Shown piece by piece: positions 25,258 to 34,918 of a DNA stretch of 62,980 bases. A program made the position numbers and the translations under genes. The notes below the pieces were generated by a model, which ran no database searches, was not told where the DNA came from, and saw only the letters and a program-made list of their open reading frames with translations. How positions within the stretch are numbered: position 1 is the first letter of the stretch; each line of letters starts with the position of its first letter. Source of the stretch: an uncultured bacterium (GTDB taxonomy: Bacteria > Gemmatimonadota > Gemmatimonadetes > Gemmatimonadales > GWC2-71-9); the NCBI GenBank assembly GCA_965653495.1, contig CBFHAJ010000001.1, positions 1 through 62,980 on the forward strand, in the 5' to 3' direction.

Positions 25258-25362
25258 GCGAACGCTCCGGTGATGAGGGGATGATTGGGAGCCGTTGCAC
25301 GATAACGACTCGGCAGGGCCGTTGCACAGCCGCGAGTGGAGGTCATCTTTCTCGCCCTGCAC

Positions 25363-27588
25363 ATGCACCGTCCGGTTGGGGTGATCGTCGCGCTGGCCAT
25401 CGCGGGTCTCCTCACCAGAACCGCGGCGGCCCAGCAGTCGAGCGCGACCATTCGCGCCGCACCCTTGCGCTCGGCGGTCACGCTCGACGGCACGCTCGAC
25501 GAGCCGGCCTGGGCCTCGGCTGACTCGATCAGCGAGTTCCACCAGCGCGAGCCGCTGGCCGGCGCGCCCGCCACCGAGCGCACCGTCGTCAGGGTGGCGC
25601 ACGACGCAGACGCGCTGTACATCGCGGTGCGCTGCGGCGACTCGAGTGTACCGCAGGTGCGCGCCAGCCAGCTGCGGCGCGACGCGGATTTGTCGAGCGA
25701 CGACCACGTCATCCTCCTGATCGACAGCTTCAACGACCGGCGCGGGGCCTTCGTGTTCGCCACCAATCCGAATGGCGCGATGTGGGACGCGCAGTTCGCC
25801 GGCGTGGACGAGCTGAACGAGAACTGGAACGGCGTGTGGGACGTCGCCGTCGCGCGCGACAGCGCCGGCTGGACCGCAGAGTTCCGCATCCCGTTCCGCG
25901 CCCTGCGGTTTCGCCCGGGGGAGGCCGGCGACGTGACGTTCGGATTCAACGTCGGACGCTTCATCCGCCGCAAGAACGAAGAGGACCTGTGGCGCTCCTA
26001 CGGGCGGGCCCAGGGGCTCTACCTGCTGAGCAACGAAGGGACGATCACCGGCCTCGGCGACCTGCACCGTCCCCACGACCTCGAGCTGTATCCCTACGCC
26101 CTCGGCCGGGCGGTGGAAACCGAACACGACAGCCTGGGCGCTCCAACGACCGGCGGCTTTCTGGGCGGCAAGACCGGCGTCGACGCCAAGCTCGCCGTTT
26201 CGCCGACGCTCACGGCGGACCTCACCGTGGGTACGGACTTCGCGCAAGTCGAGGCCGACCAGCAGGTCATCAACCTGACCAGCTTCCCCATCTTTTTCCC
26301 CGAGAAGCGCGAGTTCTTTCTCGAATCAAGCGGGCTGTTCGACCTCGGGACCCCGGGTAAGGTACAGCTGTTCTACTCGCGCCGGGTCGGACTCGACACC
26401 AACGGGGTGCCCGTGCCGATCGACGTCGGCGGGCGGGTGTACGGACGACTCGGGGGAGGGCCCTGGAAGCTCGGCATTCTCGACACGCAGACAGGAGGGA
26501 CCGACCCGGGCAACGACGCCGTCGTGCGTGTCCAGCATGACCTGTTTGACCGCTCATACCTCGGCGCGATCGCGACCCTCCACGCCCGACCCAACGGTCA
26601 GGGTGTCGAGCGAGCGGGCGGACTCGACATCGACCTACCGCTGATCGTCCACGGAGCGAACCTGGAGCCCAAGCTGTGGATCGCTGGCAGCCAGACTCCC
26701 GGACTGCCCGGCACGGCGCTCGCGTGGCGGCTGTCGACGGACAACCCGAACGACCTGTTCGACAACTTCGTGTCGCTCTACTTCGTCGACTCGAGCTTTG
26801 CCCCGCCGCTCGGCTTCGTGCGCCGGACGGGGATCTGGGAGACCACTGGTCATGTCGACTTCATGCCTCGACCAGGAGTGCTGGGCATCCGTCAGCTCGA
26901 CTTTACTTTCCCCATCCCCAGCTGGGACGTCATCGCGAGGCAGACCGGCTCGCCGCTCGTGAGCGCGGACTGGCAGAACGCCTGGTTCGAATGGCGCATG
27001 CTCGGCGGCGACCGCCAGAACGGCGATCACTTCGAGGTCAACTTCCAACGCCTCATGGATGCGCCGAGCGACACGTTCACGATCTTCCCCGGGGTGGTGA
27101 TTCAGCCTGGGCGGTATTGGTGGTCGCGCTACGAGCTGCAGTATCTGACGAGCCCGGGCCGCCCCGTGAGCCTCGCGGCGTTCGTGAACTGGGGGCAGTT
27201 CTATGGCGGGCACAGCACCGACCTCGAGCTCAGCGCGGTGTGGCGTGGGAGTGGACATGCGATCGTGAGTAGCAGCCTGACACGGACCAGCGCGCGGCTC
27301 CCCGTCGGAACGTTCACGGCGACGCTGTCGGTGAACCGGCTGGAGTACGACTTCACCACCCGAGCGAGCCTGCTCGCGTTCGTGCAGTATGACAACGAGG
27401 GCCAGCGCGTCGACTTCAACGTGCGGCTGCACTGGATCCCGCTGATCGGCGACGACGTCTACCTCGTGTGGAACTCGGGCTTCACCACCGACCCGCTGTC
27501 GCCGTTCCGGTTTCCGGACACGCGGGCTCTGGCCAGGCCACTCAACGGCGCGGTCATTCTCAAGGTGGTGCACCGTCTCACGCCCTGA
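25363..27588 (+). CDS. CBM9-like / DUF5916-type large secreted or outer-membrane protein
   Basis: Signal peptide MHRPVGVIVALAIAGLLTRTAAAQ, then ..TLDGTLDEPAWASADSISEFHQREP..ALYIAVRC.. and a long beta-rich C-terminal region. The start at Met10 of the track ORF is my choice. Confidence 0.7.
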   Translation: MHRPVGVIVALAIAGLLTRTAAAQQSSATIRAAPLRSAVTLDGTLDEPAWASADSISEFHQREPLAGAPATERTVVRVAHDADALYIAVRCGDSSVPQVRASQLRRDADLSSDDHVILLIDSFNDRRGAFVFATNPNGAMWDAQFAGVDELNENWNGVWDVAVARDSAGWTAEFRIPFRALRFRPGEAGDVTFGFNVGRFIRRKNEEDLWRSYGRAQGLYLLSNEGTITGLGDLHRPHDLELYPYALGRAVETEHDSLGAPTTGGFLGGKTGVDAKLAVSPTLTADLTVGTDFAQVEADQQVINLTSFPIFFPEKREFFLESSGLFDLGTPGKVQLFYSRRVGLDTNGVPVPIDVGGRVYGRLGGGPWKLGILDTQTGGTDPGNDAVVRVQHDLFDRSYLGAIATLHARPNGQGVERAGGLDIDLPLIVHGANLEPKLWIAGSQTPGLPGTALAWRLSTDNPNDLFDNFVSLYFVDSSFAPPLGFVRRTGIWETTGHVDFMPRPGVLGIRQLDFTFPIPSWDVIARQTGSPLVSADWQNAWFEWRMLGGDRQNGDHFEVNFQRLMDAPSDTFTIFPGVVIQPGRYWWSRYELQYLTSPGRPVSLAAFVNWGQFYGGHSTDLELSAVWRGSGHAIVSSSLTRTSARLPVGTFTATLSVNRLEYDFTTRASLLAFVQYDNEGQRVDFNVRLHWIPLIGDDVYLVWNSGFTTDPLSPFRFPDTRALARPLNGAVILKVVHRLTP

Positions 27589-27600
27589 ACGCCGGCTCAC

Positions 27601-28809
27601 ATGCTGACGCCTGACGGCCGGCTGCTGTTCGCCACCCGCTCCACGCGGTTGTTCGCGTATGGCGCGCTGTCGGTCGTGCTGGTGTTCTATCTGACGAGCC
27701 TGGGGCTGAGCGCAGCTCAGACGGGTCTGCTGCTCACGCTCACGCTCGCCGGGGACACCGTAGTCTCGCTCTGGCTCACTACACGAGCGGATCGTCTCGG
27801 CCGGCGGCGCATGCTGCTCGTGGGCGCCGCGCTCATGGCCGCCGCCGGCGTGGCCTTCGCCTGGACCAGGAGTTTCCCGCTCCTGGTCGTGGCCGGCACG
27901 ATCGGGGTGATCAGCCCCAGCGGCAATGAGGTGGGGCCGTTCCTCTCCATCGAGCAGGCGGCGCTCTCGGAAGTCGTCCCGGATGGGAGGCGCACCGCCG
28001 CGTTCGCCTGGTATACGCTCGCGGGATCGTTCGCGACCGCCTTGGGAGCGCTCGCGGGGGGGATGCTGTCGCATTCGCTGCAACGGGTGCCCGTGACGCC
28101 CGTGCAGAGTTACCGTGCAGTAGTCGTGCTCTACGCCGCGCTGGGCCTGGTGCTGGCGGTGTTGTTCGGGCGGCTCTCATCGAGGGTCGAAGTCAAGGCG
28201 CCCACGCCGCAGGCACCGTTCGGGATCACCCGGTCACGCAATGTCGTCCTCAAGCTCGCGGGCCTGTTCTCAGTCGACGCCTTTGCGGGCGGCTTTGTGG
28301 TGCAGAGCTTCGCGGCCTACTGGTTCTACCTGCGGTTCGGTGTCGATCCTGCGGCGCTGGGCGCGATCTTCTTTGGGGCAAACCTGTTCGCGGGCGTCTC
28401 CGCCTTGCTCGCGTCACGGCTCGCGGCGCGCTACGGCCTCGTGAACACGATGGTGTTCACGCATCTGCCGTCCAACGTGCTGCTGATCCTTGTGCCACTG
28501 ATGCCGACGCTCTCGTTAGCGGTGCTCGTGTTGCTGCTGCGCTTCAGCATCAGTCAAATGGATGTGCCTACGCGGCAATCGTACACGATGGCGGTGGTCC
28601 GCCCGGAGGAGCGGTCCGCCGCAGCGGGAATCACGGGCGTGGCCCGCACCACCGGGGCGGCGATCGCCCCCGCGCTGGCAGGCTGGATGTACGCCCGGCC
28701 GTCGCTCGTGAACCTGCCGTTCTTCATCGCGGGGGCGCTGAAGATCGTGTACGACCTGCTGCTGTATCGTGGGTTTGTGAGACTGCGGCCGCCTGAGGAA
28801 GCGAAGTAG
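27601..28809 (+). CDS. MFS transporter
   Basis: 402 aa, about 12 hydrophobic segments, and a motif-A-like sequence (TTRADRLGRRRML). Confidence 0.85.
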   Translation: MLTPDGRLLFATRSTRLFAYGALSVVLVFYLTSLGLSAAQTGLLLTLTLAGDTVVSLWLTTRADRLGRRRMLLVGAALMAAAGVAFAWTRSFPLLVVAGTIGVISPSGNEVGPFLSIEQAALSEVVPDGRRTAAFAWYTLAGSFATALGALAGGMLSHSLQRVPVTPVQSYRAVVVLYAALGLVLAVLFGRLSSRVEVKAPTPQAPFGITRSRNVVLKLAGLFSVDAFAGGFVVQSFAAYWFYLRFGVDPAALGAIFFGANLFAGVSALLASRLAARYGLVNTMVFTHLPSNVLLILVPLMPTLSLAVLVLLLRFSISQMDVPTRQSYTMAVVRPEERSAAAGITGVARTTGAAIAPALAGWMYARPSLVNLPFFIAGALKIVYDLLLYRGFVRLRPPEEAK

Positions 28810-30214
28810 CCAGCGTCCCGGTCGTCCCGAAGCCCTTCCGCGTCATTTCGCCCCACTCGCGCCGCTGCCGCACCACCGACCAGAACGCCTTGAGGCGCCA
28901 CCACACGGTACGTTGGCGGTACCCGAACGTCTCGACCAGCGCGTCACTCAACAACAGCACCAGGTCGCTGACCCGGCGGTAGCGGCGGAAGCTGACTTCC
29001 TCCAGCACGATCGCCCACAGGGAGAGCAGCATCCCGTACCCCCACGCCACGAACAGAAACAGCAGGGCGAACTGGACGTCGAGCATGTGCAGCGCGAGCC
29101 CGGCGATCGTCGTGATGTAGCCCACCACTTCGATCACCGGCGCCAGCATCTCACCGAATGTGAAGAACGGCATCGCGATGACGCCGACGCGTCCGTACCG
29201 CGGGTTGAACAACATGCTCTTGTACAGCCACATGGCCACGATCAGCCCACGATGCCAGCGCTCCCGCTGCCGCGCGAGCACGCGGCCCGATTCGGGGACC
29301 TCAGTCCACGCCACCGGATCGGGAACGAACGGAATTTCGTAGCGAATCTTGCGCTGGCGCAGGTAGCGGTGCAGCCGGACGACGAGATCCAGATCCTCGA
29401 CGATGCTCGAGGCCCGGTACCCCCCGATCGCGCTCACGTATTCCTTGTTGAACAGCCCGAACGCTCCGGAGATGATGAGGCTGCCACCCAGCTTGTTCCA
29501 CCCCAGGCGTCCGAACAGGAACGCGCGCAGATACTCGACCACCTGGACGCCGGGGAGCAAGCGCCGCGGCACACGCGCGTCGACGATCCGGCCGTCTTTC
29601 ACGGTGCAACCATTCGCGACGCGCACCGTGCCGCCCACCGCCGCCACGCGGCGCCCCATGAGGAACGGCCGGGTGAGCCGCAGCAGCGCGTCGGACTCGA
29701 TCAGCGTGTCCGCATCCACGGCGATCACGTAGGGGAACCGGCTGGCGTTGATGCCGGCGTTGAGCGAGTCGGCCTTGCCGCCGTTCTCCTTGTCGATCAC
29801 CAGCAGCCGGGTGCGGGAGCGGGAGCGATACACCGCGCGCACCGGCTTGGTAGGGATCGTGTCCGCGTAGGTGCGCGGCACCTCGTAGAGATCGAACGCC
29901 TGCCGCAGCCGGTCCATTGTGTCGTCCTTCGAGCCGTCGTTCATCACGATGACCTCGAAGCTGCGGTACTCGAGGGTGAGGATGGCGGTGATGCTCGCCT
30001 CGATGGTCGCGCTCTCGTTGTACGCGGGGGCGAGGATCGAGACCGGTGGCAGGGCGTCGCTCCCCAAGATGCGCTGGAAGTCCTCGTTCTCCGCGAGGCG
30101 CGTCTGCTCCCAGATCTCCGGGATCGACAGCACCAGCAGCAGTGCATAGAACGAGTTGAGGGCGACGAAGTACACCAGGATGACGACGCCGCCGACGTGG
30201 ATGAAGGTGCTCAC
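28724..30214 (-). CDS. Processive family-2 glycosyltransferase (PgaC/IcaA/NfrB-like polysaccharide synthase)
   Basis: Trimmed from the 811-aa track ORF to the GTG at 30214, which forms a GTGA overlap with the HEAT gene. Motifs: ..SILAPAYNES.., MNDGSKDDT, AVDADT, GAFGLFNKE and RQRERWHRG (the QxxRW processivity motif), with TM helices on both sides. Confidence 0.85.
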   Translation of the reverse strand: MSTFIHVGGVVILVYFVALNSFYALLLVLSIPEIWEQTRLAENEDFQRILGSDALPPVSILAPAYNESATIEASITAILTLEYRSFEVIVMNDGSKDDTMDRLRQAFDLYEVPRTYADTIPTKPVRAVYRSRSRTRLLVIDKENGGKADSLNAGINASRFPYVIAVDADTLIESDALLRLTRPFLMGRRVAAVGGTVRVANGCTVKDGRIVDARVPRRLLPGVQVVEYLRAFLFGRLGWNKLGGSLIISGAFGLFNKEYVSAIGGYRASSIVEDLDLVVRLHRYLRQRKIRYEIPFVPDPVAWTEVPESGRVLARQRERWHRGLIVAMWLYKSMLFNPRYGRVGVIAMPFFTFGEMLAPVIEVVGYITTIAGLALHMLDVQFALLFLFVAWGYGMLLSLWAIVLEEVSFRRYRRVSDLVLLLSDALVETFGYRQRTVWWRLKAFWSVVRQRREWGEMTRKGFGTTGTLATSLPQAAAVSQTHDTAAGRTRSSAPPR

Positions 30215-31272
30215 GCGGCGTACTCGGCCAGGGCCTGGGGCGACAGGCCGAGGATGAGGCGCGCCATGTCGCGCGCCCCAGCGTCTCCACCCACTTCGGC
30301 CGCCAGCAGCGCGTTGCGACCCGCGGCCCCGAACCGGGTGAGCGCCAGCCCGCCGCGCAGCCGCACCCACCATTCCGGGTCGCGCAGCGCGTCGCGCACG
30401 GCGGGCAGGGAGCCCGGGTCGGCGATCATCCCGAGTGAGCGGACGGCCTGCGCGCGGGCCGGCCACGCCTGGTCCTGCGCGAGCAGCGTGAGGGCGGCGA
30501 CCGACTCGGCGTGCGGGAAGCGGCCGAGTCCCCGGGCGACCTGCGTCCGGACCTCCGCATCGGGGTGCGTGGCGAGCGTGGTGAACGGCTGGCGCAGCGC
30601 GGGCTCCTGGAGCCGCCCTGCAAACTCGATGATGCGGGGCAGCCTGGGATCGTCGAGCCGGCGAAACAGCTGCTGCAGATGGCGCAGCACGGCCGGCCGC
30701 GCGTTCTTGAGCACGCTGGCGTAGTAGGCCTGGACCGTGGGGCCGAGGAAAGGGAGCCGGTCCAGGGCCGCGGTCACGAGCAGCGGGCTCGGCAGCCGCT
30801 CGAGCGTGGTCGCGGCGGCGAGCTGCACGGCGGAGTGCGAATCGTTCAGCAGGCGCAACAAGCGGCCGATGTCGTATTGCGTAGCGGCCACCGAAAGAAA
30901 GCGCGCGCACTCGAGCCGCTTCCACCATCGGGCGGAGCTCGAGTTGGAGCGGACGATGCGGGCCCACCACTGCGTCTCGAGCCCCCGCGCCAGCTCGTCC
31001 CAACGCTGGCCCGTGATGCGCGTGGACCACGTCACCAATCCGTCGATGGCGAGCGAGACCGGCAGGCGGCCGAGCGCCCGCAACACTTCCTCGGGACGGA
31101 CTTGCCCGAGGGTCCAGCGCTGCATGACGCCGTCGAGGGCGGTCCGGCGCGGGCGCCACTTGGCGCTGCGCCGCAGGCGGATCCAGCGGTTCAGGATGAT
31201 CAGGACAATGAGCGCGGCGAGCAGCACGCCCTGCACCACGGCGACGACGACGAGCAGCTGGTGGCTCTTCAC
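30211..31272 (-). CDS. Membrane-anchored HEAT-repeat protein
   Basis: 353 aa. N-terminal TM helix (LLVVVAVVQGVLLAALIVLIIL), then PBS-lyase/HEAT-like repeats (..HPDAEVRTQVARGLGRF.., ..DPEWWVRLRGGLALTRFG..). It has GTGA overlaps at both ends. Confidence 0.75.
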   Translation of the reverse strand: MKSHQLLVVVAVVQGVLLAALIVLIILNRWIRLRRSAKWRPRRTALDGVMQRWTLGQVRPEEVLRALGRLPVSLAIDGLVTWSTRITGQRWDELARGLETQWWARIVRSNSSSARWWKRLECARFLSVAATQYDIGRLLRLLNDSHSAVQLAAATTLERLPSPLLVTAALDRLPFLGPTVQAYYASVLKNARPAVLRHLQQLFRRLDDPRLPRIIEFAGRLQEPALRQPFTTLATHPDAEVRTQVARGLGRFPHAESVAALTLLAQDQAWPARAQAVRSLGMIADPGSLPAVRDALRDPEWWVRLRGGLALTRFGAAGRNALLAAEVGGDAGARDMARLILGLSPQALAEYAA

Positions 31273-32030
31273 CGCGCCACCCAGCGTTTGATCTTCTCCA
31301 GCGCGACCCGCAGACTGATCGGCTTCACGAGATAGTCGAGCGCCCCGGCCTCGAGACCGCGGAGCTGCTCCTCCTCAGTGCCGCGTGACGCGGTGAACAC
31401 GACCCGATACGTAGCCGGGCGCTCCCGCTCGAGCGCGTCGAACATCGAGTAGCCGTCGAGCCCGGGCAAATCGACCGCCAGGAGGAGCAGCGGGTGCGTG
31501 CCCTGCACGTCGAGATCGAGCAACGCCTGCAATGCCTCGCGCCCGTTGCGATAGGTCGCGAAGCGGTAGCCGTGCGCGTTCAGGCCATACTCCAACAGCT
31601 CGGCGAGAGACGGGTCGTCTTCGACGAAGATCACTTCGGGCACTGTGCGCTCGGCCGTGGGTAGGGGGGGCGGGTGAGCCGCCCGCGCAACGGCGGGCGG
31701 GACTTCCACTCCGAGCATCTCGGCGAGCCGGGCGACGAACCAGTGCGCGATCGAGCCGCGATCCACCTCGCGGTCACCGGGTCGGGCGATCCAGTCGTTG
31801 ACGGTCGCCTCCATGCCGGCCGCAAGGCGCGATGCCTCGGCGAACCGGTGGGAGCCGCCGAATCCGCGGATCGAGCGGATCTCGCGCCCCAGGGCGCCGA
31901 GCGCGTTGGGGTCGTCGCCGGCGGCAGTGAGCCGATCGGCGAGCGTGACGAGCACGCCCAGCTGCGCCCGCATCCGCTCGAGAAACTCCGCGAGCGACCC
32001 CGGAGGCAGCTCGGAGGGCGTCGCGGTCAC
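31269..32030 (-). CDS. Response regulator with an N-terminal Hpt-like four-helix domain lacking the phosphorylatable His
   Basis: Trimmed to the GTG at 32030 (GTGA overlap). REC motifs: VIFVEDDPS..LLLAVDLPGLDG..YLVKP. The N-terminal ..LGREIRSIRGFGGSHRFAEASRLAAGME.. aligns with the Hpt HxxKG region but has Arg at the His position. Confidence 0.75.
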   Translation of the reverse strand: MTATPSELPPGSLAEFLERMRAQLGVLVTLADRLTAAGDDPNALGALGREIRSIRGFGGSHRFAEASRLAAGMEATVNDWIARPGDREVDRGSIAHWFVARLAEMLGVEVPPAVARAAHPPPLPTAERTVPEVIFVEDDPSLAELLEYGLNAHGYRFATYRNGREALQALLDLDVQGTHPLLLLAVDLPGLDGYSMFDALERERPATYRVVFTASRGTEEEQLRGLEAGALDYLVKPISLRVALEKIKRWVAR

Positions 32031-33517
32031 AGGCCCTGAGTGAACCGCAGGCCGAGGGAGCGGTACCGGAACGGTCCGGGACGCGGGCCTGCCGCCGCGG
32101 TCGCCGCCGCGCTGTTGGTGATCGCGCCGACCAGCGCGAGCTCGTTGTGGTCGCCCCACCCGCGCGAGACCGTCATGCCGATGTGCCACTCGGTCTGATG
32201 CGGCGCGCCCACGGCGATCTGCTGTGAGCCCACGCCCCCCTCGCCGCGCACGCCCCACCGCTCCCGCTGCACCGCGTAGACCGCGCGCCCCTCGATCACG
32301 GTGAAGCGGTCCGGGGCGAAGTAGCCGTTGGGCGCGCTGGTCCGGAAGCCCATGATCCGGGCCGACGGTCCCGCCTGCAGGCCCGCGGCCAGCGGCGCGA
32401 GCACGGTCAGTGTCGCCGAGTAGCGCCGATTGCGGCTCGTGTCCGAGATCCAGGCGCCCCCCGCGCCGCCCGAGATCGACCAGCCGGCGGTGGGAGAGAC
32501 GTCGACGGTCAAGTCCACGGCGTCGATCATGAACCCGCTGGCGATCAACGGCGCGGTCTCGTCGAAGGCGCTGCGGTTATAGTCGACGCTCAGCGTCGCG
32601 TAGCGCGCCGGCCGGACGCCGATGCCCAGCTCCGCCGTGAGCGGCGTGTGCGAAGGGCCCACCTCGGGCTCGAGCCGCCGCACGCCCAGCCCGGCGTGGA
32701 CGAGCGCGTCGCCGAGTGCGGCGCTCACGGACCCGCCCGCACCAAGGCTCGTCCCTCCGATTCCCTGGAGCGTTGCGCGGCGCCAGCCCGCATGCAGCGC
32801 GCCGCGGCCGTCCTCACCGAACGAGGTGCTGAGCGTCGCTTCCTGCGCGACGACGTCGTTGTGATCCGAATCGCCCGCGCCGTCCACCGTGGTCTCGACC
32901 TCGGGACGGAGCGCCGCCCGCAGCGCCCGCTCCAGGTCGAGGGCCGCGCTATCGCCCGGCGCGAGAGCGCGCGCCCGGGCGACGTACGTCTGAGCGAGGA
33001 TGGGATGGCCCTGCCAGTATAGGATCTGCGCCAAGCCGAGCAGCAGCTCGGGATCGTCGGGCGCAGTGTCGAGCGCGGCGCGCCACAGGCGCTCGGAGCG
33101 ACGCAGGTCTCCGCTCCAGGCGACGACGCGCGCCCGGCCCGCGAGGGCGTCAGGCCGCCGCGGCGACCGCGCCAGCACGGTGTCGTACAGCGCTTCGGCC
33201 GCGTGCCTGCGCCCCGCCCAGGATAGGGCGGCAGCCTGACCGACCATCACGTCCTCGTCGCGCGGCGCCAGCCGACGTGCCCGCGCGAACCGCTCGAGCG
33301 AGCGGGTGAGCTCGCCGCCCCAGCTGTCGAGGATGGCGAGCCGGTACCACGCCTGCACGTTGAGGGAATCGGTCGCGAGCACGCGGGCATAGGCGGCGCG
33401 CGCCGCGCCGTAGTCCCCGCGGCGGAACGCCTCGTCGGCGGCGGGCAGCTGCGCCGCCAGGAGCCGCGCCAGCGCGCCCGACAAGAGGGCCAGCACGCTG
33501 AGGCTGGGTATCCGCAC
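32027..33517 (-). CDS. Outer-membrane TPR plus beta-barrel protein (PgaA/NfrA/YaiO-like polysaccharide export porin)
   Basis: 496 aa. Signal peptide, about 200 aa of TPR-like repeats (..GDYGAARAAYARVLATD.., ..GRRHAAEALYDTVLARSP..), then a Gly/Ser/aromatic-rich beta region ending ..YRSLGLRFTQGL. Confidence 0.7.
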   Translation of the reverse strand: MRIPSLSVLALLSGALARLLAAQLPAADEAFRRGDYGAARAAYARVLATDSLNVQAWYRLAILDSWGGELTRSLERFARARRLAPRDEDVMVGQAAALSWAGRRHAAEALYDTVLARSPRRPDALAGRARVVAWSGDLRRSERLWRAALDTAPDDPELLLGLAQILYWQGHPILAQTYVARARALAPGDSAALDLERALRAALRPEVETTVDGAGDSDHNDVVAQEATLSTSFGEDGRGALHAGWRRATLQGIGGTSLGAGGSVSAALGDALVHAGLGVRRLEPEVGPSHTPLTAELGIGVRPARYATLSVDYNRSAFDETAPLIASGFMIDAVDLTVDVSPTAGWSISGGAGGAWISDTSRNRRYSATLTVLAPLAAGLQAGPSARIMGFRTSAPNGYFAPDRFTVIEGRAVYAVQRERWGVRGEGGVGSQQIAVGAPHQTEWHIGMTVSRGWGDHNELALVGAITNSAAATAAAGPRPGPFRYRSLGLRFTQGL

Positions 33518-33565
33518 GCACTACAGTAGGAATCACCCGCCCTCCGGCGCAAATTTCGAGCGCGG

Positions 33566-34918
33566 ATGCGACATCCTCGCTTCTGGGCGGCTCGCCGCCT
33601 AGCTCCCGTGCTGTGGAGCCTGTTCCTGTTTGCGCCCCCCCTCCTCCTCCCCCTGGCCGCCCAGGGAGACGGGGCGGCCGGGGGGGGGGGAGCCGCCGAG
33701 CGCTGGATCGTGCGGCAGGTCACCCCCAACCGCACGGTGCCCTTCCCCGAGGCCACCCGCCGCGGGCTCGTCCTCAGCTACGGCCTGTCGCCCCGTACGT
33801 CCCCGCACCTGTTCCACCGCTCGGCGACGTACGACGACGCCCTCGCGGCGCTGGTGTTTCTCGTCATGCGCGACCCCGATCGGGCGGCGTTCACGCTCCA
33901 CGCGTTGGCGCGCCTGGTGCGGGCCGACGGCAGCCTCTGGTTCAGCTACAACACCATCAACGAGTGGCCCAGTGAGGGCGACCATGAAAGCGCGCTGGTG
34001 CGCGCGGGAACGGTCAGCTGGGTCGGCTACGCGTTCGCGTTCTACCTGGCGCGTGTGCCGGCGCGGGGCGGCGAGGCGGATGCCCGCGAGCGCGCGTTGT
34101 TTCTCGAAACCGCTCGCCGGCTCGCCGGCTACGTCGTCTCGCTCCAGGTGCGCGACTCGAACGACCTCCGCGACGGTCTGGTGCGCCTCGGGTACGGCAC
34201 AATCAATCTGCGCTACGACTCCGTGACCAAGCACGTCGTCGAGCAATACGTGGACGCCCCCGCTCAGGGGATCAGCACGGAGAACAACATCGCCACCTGG
34301 TTCTTCCTGCGGTTGCTGGCGGTGGTGTCGGGCGAGACGCGCTGGAGCGACGCGGCCGACCGGATCGGGCAGGGGCTGATGCGCTCGTGGAGCGATCGTC
34401 TCGACCAGTTCACCGAAGGCTTCGAGAGCGGCGGCGCGCGCGACACGGCTCGGGCGCTGGACTGCGCGTCGCTGGGCGTGCTGTTCCTCGTGAGTCGCGG
34501 CGAGACCGCGAAGGCGAGCGGGGCGCTCGCCGCGATCGAGCGAGTGTATCGGAGCCGTGGCAGCGGTACGACCGGATATCGGCCCTACAGCGACCGGCCG
34601 ATCTATGACGACAGCGCGGTCGGTCAGTTCTATTTCCCGCGCGATCCCACCAAACAATGGCGCGAGCTGCCCCTGGTCTGGTCGGAAGGGTCGCTCCAGG
34701 TCGCGCTGGCCGCCCTCCGCGCCGGGCGCACCGCTCGCGCTCAGCAAGTGGTCCGCGGCCTGCGACCATTGCAGGACCAAAGCGGCGGCGTGCGCTACGC
34801 CACTGTCGACGTGCCGTTCCTCATGACCAATGCTCCCAGCATCGCGGGAACCGCATGGCTGATCCTGGTGACGCGGGCGCTCGCGGGCGACTCGCTGGCC
34901 CAGGCCATATGGCGCTGA
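33566..34918 (+). CDS. Secreted (alpha/alpha)6-barrel-like protein, putative polysaccharide hydrolase
   Basis: 450 aa. Signal peptide, then repeated helix-hairpin signatures with conserved aromatics (..TYDDALAALVFL.., ..GTVSWVGYAFAFY.., ..ENNIATWFFL.., ..SLGVLFLV.., ..GTAWLIL). The function is tentative. Confidence 0.6.
   Translation: MRHPRFWAARRLAPVLWSLFLFAPPLLLPLAAQGDGAAGGGGAAERWIVRQVTPNRTVPFPEATRRGLVLSYGLSPRTSPHLFHRSATYDDALAALVFLVMRDPDRAAFTLHALARLVRADGSLWFSYNTINEWPSEGDHESALVRAGTVSWVGYAFAFYLARVPARGGEADARERALFLETARRLAGYVVSLQVRDSNDLRDGLVRLGYGTINLRYDSVTKHVVEQYVDAPAQGISTENNIATWFFLRLLAVVSGETRWSDAADRIGQGLMRSWSDRLDQFTEGFESGGARDTARALDCASLGVLFLVSRGETAKASGALAAIERVYRSRGSGTTGYRPYSDRPIYDDSAVGQFYFPRDPTKQWRELPLVWSEGSLQVALAALRAGRTARAQQVVRGLRPLQDQSGGVRYATVDVPFLMTNAPSIAGTAWLILVTRALAGDSLAQAIWR

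Noticed and set aside
28724-28809. 86-nt convergent overlap between the MFS transporter and the GT2 synthase 3' ends.
   Set aside because: Both stops are unambiguous, and the overlapping tails are low-complexity and probably disordered. Such overlaps are common in compact high-GC genomes, and I see no additional signal.
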